DNA from: a virus
Reading direction: 5' to 3' (one strand)
IMG/VR virus record: IMGVR_UViG_3300002037_000001
Span: 1 to 41,402 of that record
DNA: 41,402 nucleotides
Shown here: positions 27,535 to 35,434 of the stretch, piece after piece
Position numbering within the stretch: position 1 is the stretch's first letter
Layout: every line of letters begins with the position of its first letter
Notes under the pieces: model-generated
The model's database searches: none
The model's input: only the letters and a program-made list of their open reading frames with translations
What the model was told of the DNA's origin: nothing
Position numbers and translations under genes: made by a program

Positions 27535-28080
27535 TTAAGCTAATTCGTCCTCGTAATCCATGTCGCCGAAATCTTCTTCTGCAGAAGAGCCGCCTCCTAG
27601 TTTATCGCCGTCTTTTAACTTTTGGACGTTGTTTAGTCCTGCAGCAATACCTTTATTGCCCGAAGCATTAAACGCGTAGAAATTCACTGAAGCCCTGCCG
27701 AAACACCCGCTATAAAACTCGTCTCTGTCCAAGATAGGTGCCACGTCCTTATCTACTACAGAAGGTTTGTTTGCTGAATTGGCGTTGATAAAATACGCTC
27801 CTTTGTACGCTTCGTCGTCTGGGCGCTCTTCGTCGCCGTCTCTTAAAGGTAGTTTTAAAACTGGTGGAATTTTTCCGTTCCACTTGCCCTTCCCCTCAAC
27901 CTTTGCGGCTTCTATCGCTTTCTTAATCTTATCGACAGTGGCTGTGTCGCTTTTTGGGATTATTAAAGAAACCGAAAACTTAGGCGTTTGCCCTTCCTCA
28001 ATTGCTTTTGCTTCCCATACGTGGGCGTAACTAAACCTAACTAGACCAGTAACTACTGTTGTCGCTTTTCTCGTACTCAT
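27535..28080 (-). CDS. single-stranded DNA-binding protein (T7 gp2.5-like, DUF2815 type)
   Basis: 181 aa. N-terminus VVTGLVRFSYAHVWE, an OB-fold-like core and an acidic C-terminal tail DFGDMDYEDELA. It lies next to the Cas4-like nuclease and the polymerase. Confidence 0.75.
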   Translation of the reverse strand: MSTRKATTVVTGLVRFSYAHVWEAKAIEEGQTPKFSVSLIIPKSDTATVDKIKKAIEAAKVEGKGKWNGKIPPVLKLPLRDGDEERPDDEAYKGAYFINANSANKPSVVDKDVAPILDRDEFYSGCFGRASVNFYAFNASGNKGIAAGLNNVQKLKDGDKLGGGSSAEEDFGDMDYEDELA

Positions 28081-28135
28081 AACTCTTATTTTAATAAATA
28101 TTTAGTAGTGTCGTCGCCCCCGACACTTTAGGGTG

Positions 28136-28678
28136 TTATTTTAATATTGCCGCCTTTAAGCCACTTAAATTACTAGGAAGGTTAGTCGAGTCTGCGGGCC
28201 ACTCAGTCTCCAAAGAAGGGAACTCCGCGAGTATTTTCTTCCTGGACCTGAGTTCATATATCGCCGCTTTTAATTCCCTGTGCAGCTTCTTATGTTTGTT
28301 TTCTTGCTCTTTGAGCGCCTCACTACGAGAAATTAGACTCGCCAATTTTTCTCTATACTTGTTTAGGGCTACGTCGATTGTGGGGTACGAATACCCCGAA
28401 AAACAAGGAACATTGAAGGGTAGATGGAACATGTGTTTAGTGGGTTTTTCCGCGTAAGGTAGTCTTACACTAAAGTAAACATTTTGTTGTGCGCCGAGAT
28501 ACCCCTTCAGCCCTTTATCTTCCCAAATATTTAGTATTCTCTTAGGGGTTAAAGCCAAAGCTATTTTATACGCTTCCAACTCGATAGCCACCTCTTCTTC
28601 TCTGAGAGCCTTCTTATTTTTCGCTAGTAATGTTAGTGCGAACTGCTCTGCTCGGGTTTTAGTTATTATGTTACTCAT
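28136..28678 (-). CDS. hypothetical protein
   Basis: 180-aa ORF between the nuclease and the SSB. No recognisable motif. Confidence 0.6.
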   Translation of the reverse strand: MSNIITKTRAEQFALTLLAKNKKALREEEVAIELEAYKIALALTPKRILNIWEDKGLKGYLGAQQNVYFSVRLPYAEKPTKHMFHLPFNVPCFSGYSYPTIDVALNKYREKLASLISRSEALKEQENKHKKLHRELKAAIYELRSRKKILAEFPSLETEWPADSTNLPSNLSGLKAAILK

Positions 28679-28682
28679 TTTA

Positions 28683-29891
28683 TTAGTTTAAAGGTTCGTT
28701 AAAATCTTCTTTTGCCTGTGCGAGACCCATTGCAGGGCGTTTGTCCGAAAAAGGCGCCAATGTGGGGGCGCCTGTAGGCTTCTCGAAAGCTTTCGAGAAA
28801 TGCTCTTCGAATGTTTCTTTTCCTACTAACTTTTCGATAGCTGCGATTCCTTTTACTTTTGAGACCATAAAGTCTGTGACCTCAATGTTAGGCAGTTTAT
28901 CCAAAATACATATAGTTTTTGTTTCGTTTATCCATTTACGGTTCGACCTTCCTGCCACTACTTTAAAACCTGGTACTTTCTCCCCTTTTTGGATTTGTGT
29001 TAGTAGGTGTTTTTTCACAGCAGACAGCCAGTCTGTTATTATTTCCGACTGCTTCATCACTTCTGCTAGCTCCGATAAGGACACTTCATCAACAGGAGCG
29101 AACTCGTGTTTAGCCACTTCTAGGGCTTTCTCTTTTATCGTAGGACAAACAGGCTTAAATTTACACCACTTGCACCAATCTCCTGCGCACTTGTCCCCTT
29201 CTCCTGCGAAAGCTTTTTCAGCAACAGGTTTAACAACCTTCTCGCCCCACTTCTCCAAATACTGCACGGAGCATTTCCATGAGGAGTAATTATTAAGTCT
29301 AGGCTGCACAATGTTCATTTGGACTTCTTGTATGTCGTACTGAAGCTCAAATCTCCTCAGCGCCCCTAGTCCGTAAAGCATTAGCTGCGGATTAGATTTG
29401 GCTTCTACCGAGATACCTCGGCCATATTTTAGGTCGTAGTTATCTAAAAGTCCGTCAGAAACTATCATTGTATCCCCCGTTCCAAATCCTTCAGGCACGA
29501 TATGGCTATAATCTAGTCTTTCCTCCAAAATTAATACCGCGCCAGGATTGGCTTTTAATGCCACATTATAGGCTTCCGACACGATGTCGACATATTTTGC
29601 CACCTCTGTTTCCATTTCCTCGAAAGCTTCAGCAGACAGTAGTTTTACAACGGCGTTTTTTATTTTTCTTTTTTCGGCATTGAATGCCTTAATAGGCATG
29701 TCTTTAAATGCTTTTTGGAGAATTATATCTGATAACTCGTGAGCCAACGTCCCTTCTTTAGCGAAAATAGACTCTTCCTCGGAGGACATCCGCTCTTCCA
29801 ATCTTGCACTTGGCGTGCAGTTCATCCATCTTTTAGAACCAGAAGCGGACAACAGTGCGTGGCCTCTGGTTGAGTGATTTATACCTGACAT
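28683..29891 (-). CDS. PD-(D/E)XK exonuclease with Cas4-like Fe-S cysteines (DUF2800 type)
   Basis: N-terminus HALLSASGSKRWMNCTPS, and a C-terminal cluster C-x5-C-x2-C-x5-C (CAGDWCKWCKFKPVC). It is the typical partner of the DUF2815 SSB and the family A polymerase. Confidence 0.8.
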   Translation of the reverse strand: MSGINHSTRGHALLSASGSKRWMNCTPSARLEERMSSEEESIFAKEGTLAHELSDIILQKAFKDMPIKAFNAEKRKIKNAVVKLLSAEAFEEMETEVAKYVDIVSEAYNVALKANPGAVLILEERLDYSHIVPEGFGTGDTMIVSDGLLDNYDLKYGRGISVEAKSNPQLMLYGLGALRRFELQYDIQEVQMNIVQPRLNNYSSWKCSVQYLEKWGEKVVKPVAEKAFAGEGDKCAGDWCKWCKFKPVCPTIKEKALEVAKHEFAPVDEVSLSELAEVMKQSEIITDWLSAVKKHLLTQIQKGEKVPGFKVVAGRSNRKWINETKTICILDKLPNIEVTDFMVSKVKGIAAIEKLVGKETFEEHFSKAFEKPTGAPTLAPFSDKRPAMGLAQAKEDFNEPLN

Positions 29892-30056
29892 GCTTTTATA
29901 AATTAGTCATAAAAGTTGCCATAGTCTCGTAATGTTTAGGGTCAAGATTACTGAGGTTTTTCGCTCCTGATTCCTTCAACTTCTTCACAATTGCGTCTCG
30001 GTGCGTTGCTACTTTTTGAGACAGCAATGTTCTCAGGTTCGTAAGAGCGTCAGCTT

Positions 30057-30124
30057 CTGCTGCAGGCTCTTCCTTCTTAGGTACTTCTGCTGCAGGCTCT
30101 TCCTTCTGCTGCAGGCTCTTCCTT
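30057..30124. repeat. three copies of the 19-mer ctgctgcaggctcttcctt (30057, 30087, 30106); the last two are an exact head-to-tail duplication
   Basis: Direct reading. The spacing is 30 nt and then 19 nt. On the coding (minus) strand the unit encodes KEEPAAE. Confidence 0.95.
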
Positions 30125-30346
30125 CTTAGGTGCTGCTTTTCGTCTCCTTGCGGGCTTTTTCTCAGTGATAGGAGGTGCCCCTTTAACTGAATTGCTCGTG
30201 TCCTCTCCTGTAGGGATTACTGTGAGCGGAGACACTACTTTTATATTAGACGCCTCTGTGGACGCCATAGCAGTGAACATGGCACCTAGTGCCGCTAAAT
30301 CTTGCGGACTTGCGCCGTCCGCGAAAAGTGAAATTTTAATTGTCAT
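30077..30346 (-). CDS. hypothetical protein with PKKEEPAAE repeats, truncated by a frameshift (the intact reading would extend to 29896)
   Basis: The 89-aa ORF ends ...APKKEEPAAEGRACSRST. After the 19-bp duplication, the other frame stays open for about 69 codons to TAA at 29896-29898. Confidence 0.6.
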   Translation of the reverse strand: MTIKISLFADGASPQDLAALGAMFTAMASTEASNIKVVSPLTVIPTGEDTSNSVKGAPPITEKKPARRRKAAPKKEEPAAEGRACSRST

Positions 30347-30358
30347 GGTTTCTATTAT

Positions 30359-30754
30359 TTATTGTTTTGAAAATATTTCCTCAATATTGGCTACGTAATC
30401 CCTCATAGAAATTGTCGATTTCGAGATTAAAGTATCACTCAATAACTTCCCTTTCAGATATACTCGGGAAACCCAAGTACGAGTGCATAAGGTAGCAGTA
30501 TTGTCTCCTTTTGTTAAGGTGATTACTCCTTCGGGAGAAACTCCTGTTTTCCACCCATGTTTGTTGAAAACAGTTTGGATAGGCACGTTTGCGTAATTTA
30601 CTAGAGTTATTATCTGAGAAGAGTCCAAAAGACCTTTATAATTAATAACTCTGTCTAAAGCATGCATAGGGTGATTGTTCTTCGGGAACAATAGTCTAGC
30701 TACTTTTTTCTTATCTAGTTTATGAGTTTCTATAAAGGCTTTTAAATGTATCAT
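30359..30754 (-). CDS. hypothetical protein, possible N-terminal HTH regulator
   Basis: 131 aa. KLDKKKVARLLFPKNNHP...LDSSQIITLVNYANVPIQTVF resembles an XRE-like helix-turn-helix. The match is weak. Confidence 0.5.
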   Translation of the reverse strand: MIHLKAFIETHKLDKKKVARLLFPKNNHPMHALDRVINYKGLLDSSQIITLVNYANVPIQTVFNKHGWKTGVSPEGVITLTKGDNTATLCTRTWVSRVYLKGKLLSDTLISKSTISMRDYVANIEEIFSKQ

Positions 30755-30803
30755 TAAATTATTTTTAACAAATATATAAAATTATTTTAATTAAAATCAA
30801 ATT

Positions 30804-31487
30804 TTATATTAATTTTTTTAAAGGAAACAAACTATTAATATAATCTTGTTTCAATATATCCGTGTATCTAGTTTGGCGGTCTCCTCCCTCTAGGGTTCGA
30901 ATCCCAGACCAAATCATAGCACACATTTCACGCGGCGTTAAGTTGTGTTTTGGGCTTTCTTTGCGAATCCATGCTTCTATGGTTCTGAAATCTTTGTCTG
31001 TCGCCCCTCCTCCTCTTACCGACTGTGAGCCTTTTCGAAAATATCTCCTATTCATACGAAAGGCTCTTAGTATCCAAATGTCTACAACCACAGCGTTATG
31101 GTCTCCCGACATGGACCTGGCAAAAGCATTGATTTTATTTCCCGAAAGCCCTTTTCCTTCTCTTATTCTCTGTAGTTGTTTCTGTATGTTAGGCAAATAG
31201 TTACTTATAGGTGCACCGTCTAAATGTTCTTTGTACGCCCTCCGAAACAAAGTAACGTTTGCTTTTAGAGAGGTATTTATGCTGGTGGCAGCAAAAATAA
31301 GGGTGACGGTGCTTAGTTGGTCTCTGCCGAAAATACTAACTAAGGTTTTTTCGCATTCTTCATACCAGTCTTTGTCTGCTTTGCCTGCTTCTAAGTATGT
31401 CAGTATATTACTTGTATCCATGTTAAAAAGGTATTTCTTCGTTATTTTCGTAAAAAGTTTTTGGGTCGGGGAAATCGTTCTCCGCAA
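30804..31487 (-). CDS. hypothetical protein; probable true start ATG at 31421 (MDTSNIL...)
   Basis: Long ORF. The internal ATG at 31421 lies 1 nt after the stop of the upstream gene, which would remove a 65-nt overlap. No family recognised. Confidence 0.6.
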   Translation of the reverse strand: MRRTISPTQKLFTKITKKYLFNMDTSNILTYLEAGKADKDWYEECEKTLVSIFGRDQLSTVTLIFAATSINTSLKANVTLFRRAYKEHLDGAPISNYLPNIQKQLQRIREGKGLSGNKINAFARSMSGDHNAVVVDIWILRAFRMNRRYFRKGSQSVRGGGATDKDFRTIEAWIRKESPKHNLTPREMCAMIWSGIRTLEGGDRQTRYTDILKQDYINSLFPLKKLI

Positions 31488-31869
31488 ATCTGTTGCCTTT
31501 ACTGGCGTTTCTTCTAAGAGTCAATATCTGCATGTTCCAAATATGGTACCCATGTATATTGCATCTTCGGTCAATCGTGCATCTTTTTCCGCGATTACCT
31601 TTTTTGACTATATAATCGTTGTCAACACAAAATTTCCTGAACTCCTCTAAAGTGACGGAGTTCTCTATCCCTCGGTATTTAGATTTACTTCGAAATTGCA
31701 TGTACCTCTGTGCCACAGGGTCTCTCTCCTTCATTTGTCTGTGGTAGTGTTTATGACAAAGCCCTCCTTTTCTAGGCGCAGGCGGATTTTTACACCCATA
31801 GGCGCAGCAGTAAACCCCTTTATCTTTTTTGGCTTGGCTTAGTTTCATAATTGAGTTTGAAATCAACAT
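31423..31869 (-). CDS. His-Me finger / HNH homing endonuclease
   Basis: Zinc-binding loop CCAYGCKNPPAPRKGGLCHKHYHR, and an HNH-like core CTIDRRCNIHGYHIWNMQILTLRRNASKG. Confidence 0.7.
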   Translation of the reverse strand: MLISNSIMKLSQAKKDKGVYCCAYGCKNPPAPRKGGLCHKHYHRQMKERDPVAQRYMQFRSKSKYRGIENSVTLEEFRKFCVDNDYIVKKGNRGKRCTIDRRCNIHGYHIWNMQILTLRRNASKGNRFAENDFPDPKTFYENNEEIPF

Positions 31870-32236
31870 CTAATTCCAACATAAATTGTTGAGGTTTCAA
31901 TTTTAATTTTTTAGCTTGTTCGTCCCACTCTCTAAGGTCGTCGCTTTGGAAAAATTTACAGAGTTCCTCCCAAACATAGTCGCAAATATCTCCATCATAG
32001 TTAAATATCTTGCCTAGGCTCACGCTTCCTGTCTCCTGCCCCTGTGTTATAGCGTACCTCCAACCTATTCGAGTCAAACCCTTGTATGTTATATTTGCTC
32101 CACCAAAAGGGAGGTCGTCATAATCGTATGTTTTATCAACCACAACGTATTGTGGTTTTTGCCACCATACTTGACATCTTTCTAAACCACCACATTGTAA
32201 ACTAAAAACAGTATTAAATGTTATCCAAATTTTCAT
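31820..32236 (-). CDS. hypothetical protein
   Basis: 138-aa ORF in the same-strand early operon. No motif recognised. Confidence 0.55.
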   Translation of the reverse strand: MKIWITFNTVFSLQCGGLERCQVWWQKPQYVVVDKTYDYDDLPFGGANITYKGLTRIGWRYAITQGQETGSVSLGKIFNYDGDICDYVWEELCKFFQSDDLREWDEQAKKLKLKPQQFMLELDVDFKLNYETKPSQKR

Positions 32237-32606
32237 AACTATTTTTTTTCTTTAATGCTCTGTCAGTGAAGTCCCTGCGCAAACGATTACCGCATTTAGC
32301 ACATCTTTTGAAATCTTCTTCAGGTCGCAGTTCAGTTCCTTTCCCAGGATCTGTGCCGCATTCCGAGCAAGGCTGATGCCACACGTCATAATCCCCTACT
32401 GTTCTGGCGTTCTTGTCGTCGACTATATCGGCAAACCTGTTGATTACGAGCCATTTTTGGTAGTATCTGTCGAGTGTGTCTTCACAATTTGTCACGTAGA
32501 TTAACTGGTCTTTGGGACATACTCTGCCCTCGTTTAAATCTTGTTTGAACTGCCGCCAAAGCAATTTCTCCACTAATTCTTGTAAAGGTTTTAGTTTAGT
32601 TTTCAT
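32214..32606 (-). CDS. hypothetical protein with CxxC...CxxC zinc-ribbon-like pairs
   Basis: 130 aa, with CSECG and CAKCG pairs about 25 aa apart. Confidence 0.55.
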   Translation of the reverse strand: MKTKLKPLQELVEKLLWRQFKQDLNEGRVCPKDQLIYVTNCEDTLDRYYQKWLVINRFADIVDDKNARTVGDYDVWHQPCSECGTDPGKGTELRPEEDFKRCAKCGNRLRRDFTDRALKKKNSYENLDNI

Positions 32607-32608
32607 AT

Positions 32609-32971
32609 TTAATCTAAATTGATGTTTATTTTACTGTCTTTTACATTTTTAATGCTCACGGTAGGTTTGGTCTTGAAAAGAGAGCGAAACCAATTTTTAA
32701 GGCGAGTCCTAAATTTGGGCTTATCCGTTTGTATAAATACTGTTTCTGTCATGTCTAGCCAGATAGGGGGCTGAGTTTTGCCGCTGAGAATACCCACCCA
32801 CACGCAGCCGTGAAATAAAAATTTAACTCTTTGCCAAAAAGGCACAGTCCACAAAGAGATACATTCCCCTCGGGCTGACTGGTGTACGAAGAGGCTGCTA
32901 CACTCTTCGTCTGTCATAGAGCTTGGTTTTTTCAATTCGGTTGTTGCTTCTTTAAATTTTTTAGGTTTCAT
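32609..32971 (-). CDS. hypothetical protein
   Basis: 120-aa ORF, tightly packed. No family recognised. Confidence 0.55.
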   Translation of the reverse strand: MKPKKFKEATTELKKPSSMTDEECSSLFVHQSARGECISLWTVPFWQRVKFLFHGCVWVGILSGKTQPPIWLDMTETVFIQTDKPKFRTRLKNWFRSLFKTKPTVSIKNVKDSKININLD

Positions 32972-32984
32972 GTTTATTTTAATT

Positions 32985-33362
32985 TTAATTTATAGCCCCA
33001 CAAGCGGAGCAAGTTATTACTCTATTCCCTTTGAACATCACAGGGTTGCTGCACACGTTGCACGGCGGTAGTTTATGTTGTTCGGCTTTGGCCAGGCTTA
33101 TTATTTGGTCGTTTAGCCAGTCAATGCGCACTTTTAGGTCATACTTAGGCCAGTTATATTTGTGGCTTCCTTTAGGCAGATTGGTATCTAAGAACCTCTC
33201 AACTTGTTTGACTTCGTTATAGTCAAAGGGGTAGCTCCCCGCCTCTCGTTTCAGGTGTACTGCGTGGCAAAGTCCCCGTACTACGTTTTTGTGCATCTGG
33301 AATTTTTGCTGCGCTTCCATAAAAACGACTAGTGCGACTAATAACTCTTTAATTGTTCTCAT
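32985..33362 (-). CDS. paralog-family protein D (GLC...LP...NWP..D...R.DWL core) fused to a C-terminal zinc ribbon
   Basis: It shares RGLC, FLDTNLP and YNWPKYDLKVRIDWLNDQI with ORFs 34909..35187, 35180..35434 and 37146..37439. It has an extra CNVC...CSAC tail. Confidence 0.6.
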   Translation of the reverse strand: MRTIKELLVALVVFMEAQQKFQMHKNVVRGLCHAVHLKREAGSYPFDYNEVKQVERFLDTNLPKGSHKYNWPKYDLKVRIDWLNDQIISLAKAEQHKLPPCNVCSNPVMFKGNRVITCSACGAIN

Positions 33363-33364
33363 TT

Positions 33365-33604
33365 TTAATTTGTTTTATTGCGTATTTTTTTCAATTTCTT
33401 TAAGACTAACATTTTCTTTTTGCGGTCTTCTTTCGAATAAAACCTACCAGGTATAAGTTTCTCTTCATGGTATTTTTTTTGTCTCATTTTTAATTTGTTT
33501 TTAGGTGATAGTATGTTTCTTATCTCGCCAACACAGCGAAATATTAAGTCGTGGAAAACCTCCCGACGTGCTTCGTTTACGGCCTCAAATACGGTCTTGT
33601 CCAT
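33365..33604 (-). CDS. hypothetical basic small protein
   Basis: 79-aa ORF with a Lys/Arg-rich C-terminus. Confidence 0.5.
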   Translation of the reverse strand: MDKTVFEAVNEARREVFHDLIFRCVGEIRNILSPKNKLKMRQKKYHEEKLIPGRFYSKEDRKKKMLVLKKLKKIRNKTN

Positions 33605-34563
33605 TTGGGTATGTGTTTTAAAAAATGTACTATAACGTCTATGGTCCAGCCGTTGCCTAACATCTGCCTCCTGGCATAATCACTAAAACCCGCGGTATAA
33701 TTATCGGGTAAGTTCTGCGCCCTTTCCCACTCTATCGGAGTTAACTCCCTATACACTCCGTTCTTATCTATAATGGCGTGTTCTTTCGAAGACATAGACC
33801 TGGTTAGGCAGTTTATTTTCCCATCTGTTCTAGGAACTAACTCTTTTGCTCGTCTGGGAGAGAAATCTACACCAAATTTAATTCGATGCTCTCTCCTCAA
33901 TCTGCGAGCTTCTGCCGTTCTTCTTTCGGTCAAGCAAGCTGGTCCTGGAAAAAGCCCCAGACTGGCGTCAGCCAAATAGTTCTCCACAAGCGACCCCTTA
34001 TACTTATTTAAAGGGATGGTGTATTTTTCCTGGACCTTGTCTTCCAGTATGTCCTCCAGGTATATACCTTTATCCTCTGGTTGCGATATATTCGGGATGT
34101 TAGTCCAGTAAAGCCGCGGCCTGTTCTGTGCAGACACTTTATTGGAGTTAACCAGTATGGGCTGCACTCCTAAATAAGACGATATTACGTCCTGGTACTC
34201 TTTTTTCATTTTCACATTTTCTAATAGAAAATACCGAGGCATCAACTCTTCGTTAAGCCGAGCAAATTCGAAAAACAACTTACTGCGGGGGTCTTTAAAA
34301 TTAAGCTGCTTACCTGAAAAACTAAAACCTTGGCAAGGACTGCCTCCTAGTAAAAGACCGGTCCTTGGTAAATCTTCACTTCGTACTTCTGTTATGTCCC
34401 CGAACTGCTCAGTATCTGGAAAATGTCTCTGTGTTATTGCTATGGGGGTTTTGTCGTTTTCAATAGATATGTATCTGTCGTATGAGATTTTAGCCTTAAC
34501 TAGGGACATCTGCCCGCAGCTTATCCCGTCGAAAGTACTAACAACGTTTCCTATAGACAACAT
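33577..34563 (-). CDS. DNA (cytosine-5)-methyltransferase
   Basis: Motif I-like FDGISCG, motif [11 protein letters not shown], motif VI LLENVK, and motif [10 protein letters not shown]. Confidence 0.88.
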   Translation of the reverse strand: MLSIGNVVSTFDGISCGQMSLVKAKISYDRYISIENDKTPIAITQRHFPDTEQFGDITEVRSEDLPRTGLLLGGSPCQGFSFSGKQLNFKDPRSKLFFEFARLNEELMPRYFLLENVKMKKEYQDVISSYLGVQPILVNSNKVSAQNRPRLYWTNIPNISQPEDKGIYLEDILEDKVQEKYTIPLNKYKGSLVENYLADASLGLFPGPACLTERRTAEARRLRREHRIKFGVDFSPRRAKELVPRTDGKINCLTRSMSSKEHAIIDKNGVYRELTPIEWERAQNLPDNYTAGFSDYARRQMLGNGWTIDVIVHFLKHIPKWTRPYLRP

Positions 34564-34766
34564 TTCTTATATTTTTTACCGCTTCCACACGGACATTTTT
34601 TGTTTCTTCCTATTTTTGGAGTTTCTCTACGTATGGGCTTTGTTGGCATGAATGCTGCGAAAGGGTCGTAGTCCTCTAAGTATTCAATCTTGTGTGATTC
34701 CTCCTCTTTGATGGCCCCCATGCGGTCTAGTTGGGAGAGTAGCGCTTTGATGTTTCGGTCTTCCAT
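34551..34766 (-). CDS. SEC-C motif small protein
   Basis: The C-terminus [14 protein letters not shown] is the SEC-C metal-binding motif. 71 aa. Confidence 0.7.
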   Translation of the reverse strand: MEDRNIKALLSQLDRMGAIKEEESHKIEYLEDYDPFAAFMPTKPIRRETPKIGRNKKCPCGSGKKYKKCCL

Positions 34767-34861
34767 GTTTTGAAATTAAATAATTAGTTTGTTTTTGAGG
34801 CAAATATCCGACTTATGGTGATTTAATCGGATTAACTTCTATTTGTACACCTAGTACAGCA

Positions 34862-34909
34862 TCATTGAAGTATGTTTTTAAGGCCTATTATTAATGTCGC
34901 GTTTTCCAT
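34862..34909 (-). pseudogene. truncated remnant of the paralog family (MENATLIIGLKNILQ*)
   Basis: Bases 34876..34913 equal 35401..35438 (38 bp, 1 mismatch), which is the start region of ORF 35180..35434. The copy here reaches a stop after 15 codons. Confidence 0.45.
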
Positions 34910-35187
34910 TATTGTTTTTCTAGTTTTTTAATTTGTTCCTCCAACCAGTTTACTCTGGAGGTGGTGTCATGCACAGGCCAACAGTAGCCGAACTTTACAT
35001 TTATGTCGGTGGTCAATTTGACCCAAGGTAGGTGCTTTTCCAAATAGTCGTCTATGTCTGACGCTTGGCGACCTTTATGTATTAGGCTGTTTTGGACACA
35101 AATTGCTTTTGCTAGTACTGGAACACTTTCTTTTTGTATTTCAGTCTTTATATTTTTAAGGCCTTCTAATATTAGTGTATTATTCAT
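34909..35187 (-). CDS. paralog-family protein B
   Basis: 92 aa with AICV, YLEKHLPW and GYCWPVHDTTSRVNWLEEQIKKLEKQ. It is tandem with 35180..35434. Confidence 0.6.
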   Translation of the reverse strand: MNNTLILEGLKNIKTEIQKESVPVLAKAICVQNSLIHKGRQASDIDDYLEKHLPWVKLTTDINVKFGYCWPVHDTTSRVNWLEEQIKKLEKQ

Positions 35188-35434
35188 TTTCTAGTTTTTT
35201 AATGTGCGTATGTAGCCATTCTGTTCGAGATTTTACGTCACTTATATGCCAGCAAAATACATCTTTTTGAGATTTCCACGGCAGATGGCGATTTAAGTAT
35301 CGGGATACCTCGACATATGTTTCTGAAGTATTTACCTGTAGATTCCATGAGCATAGCCCTCCTATTAGTGCGGGTCTTGACAGCATCGCATGTTTTATCT
35401 TTTTAAGTCCTATTATTAATGTCGCGTTTTCCAT
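35180..35434 (-). CDS. paralog-family protein A
   Basis: 84 aa with GGLC, YLNRHLPW and FCWHISDVKSRTEWLHTHIKKLENE. Confidence 0.6.
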   Translation of the reverse strand: MENATLIIGLKKIKHAMLSRPALIGGLCSWNLQVNTSETYVEVSRYLNRHLPWKSQKDVFCWHISDVKSRTEWLHTHIKKLENE

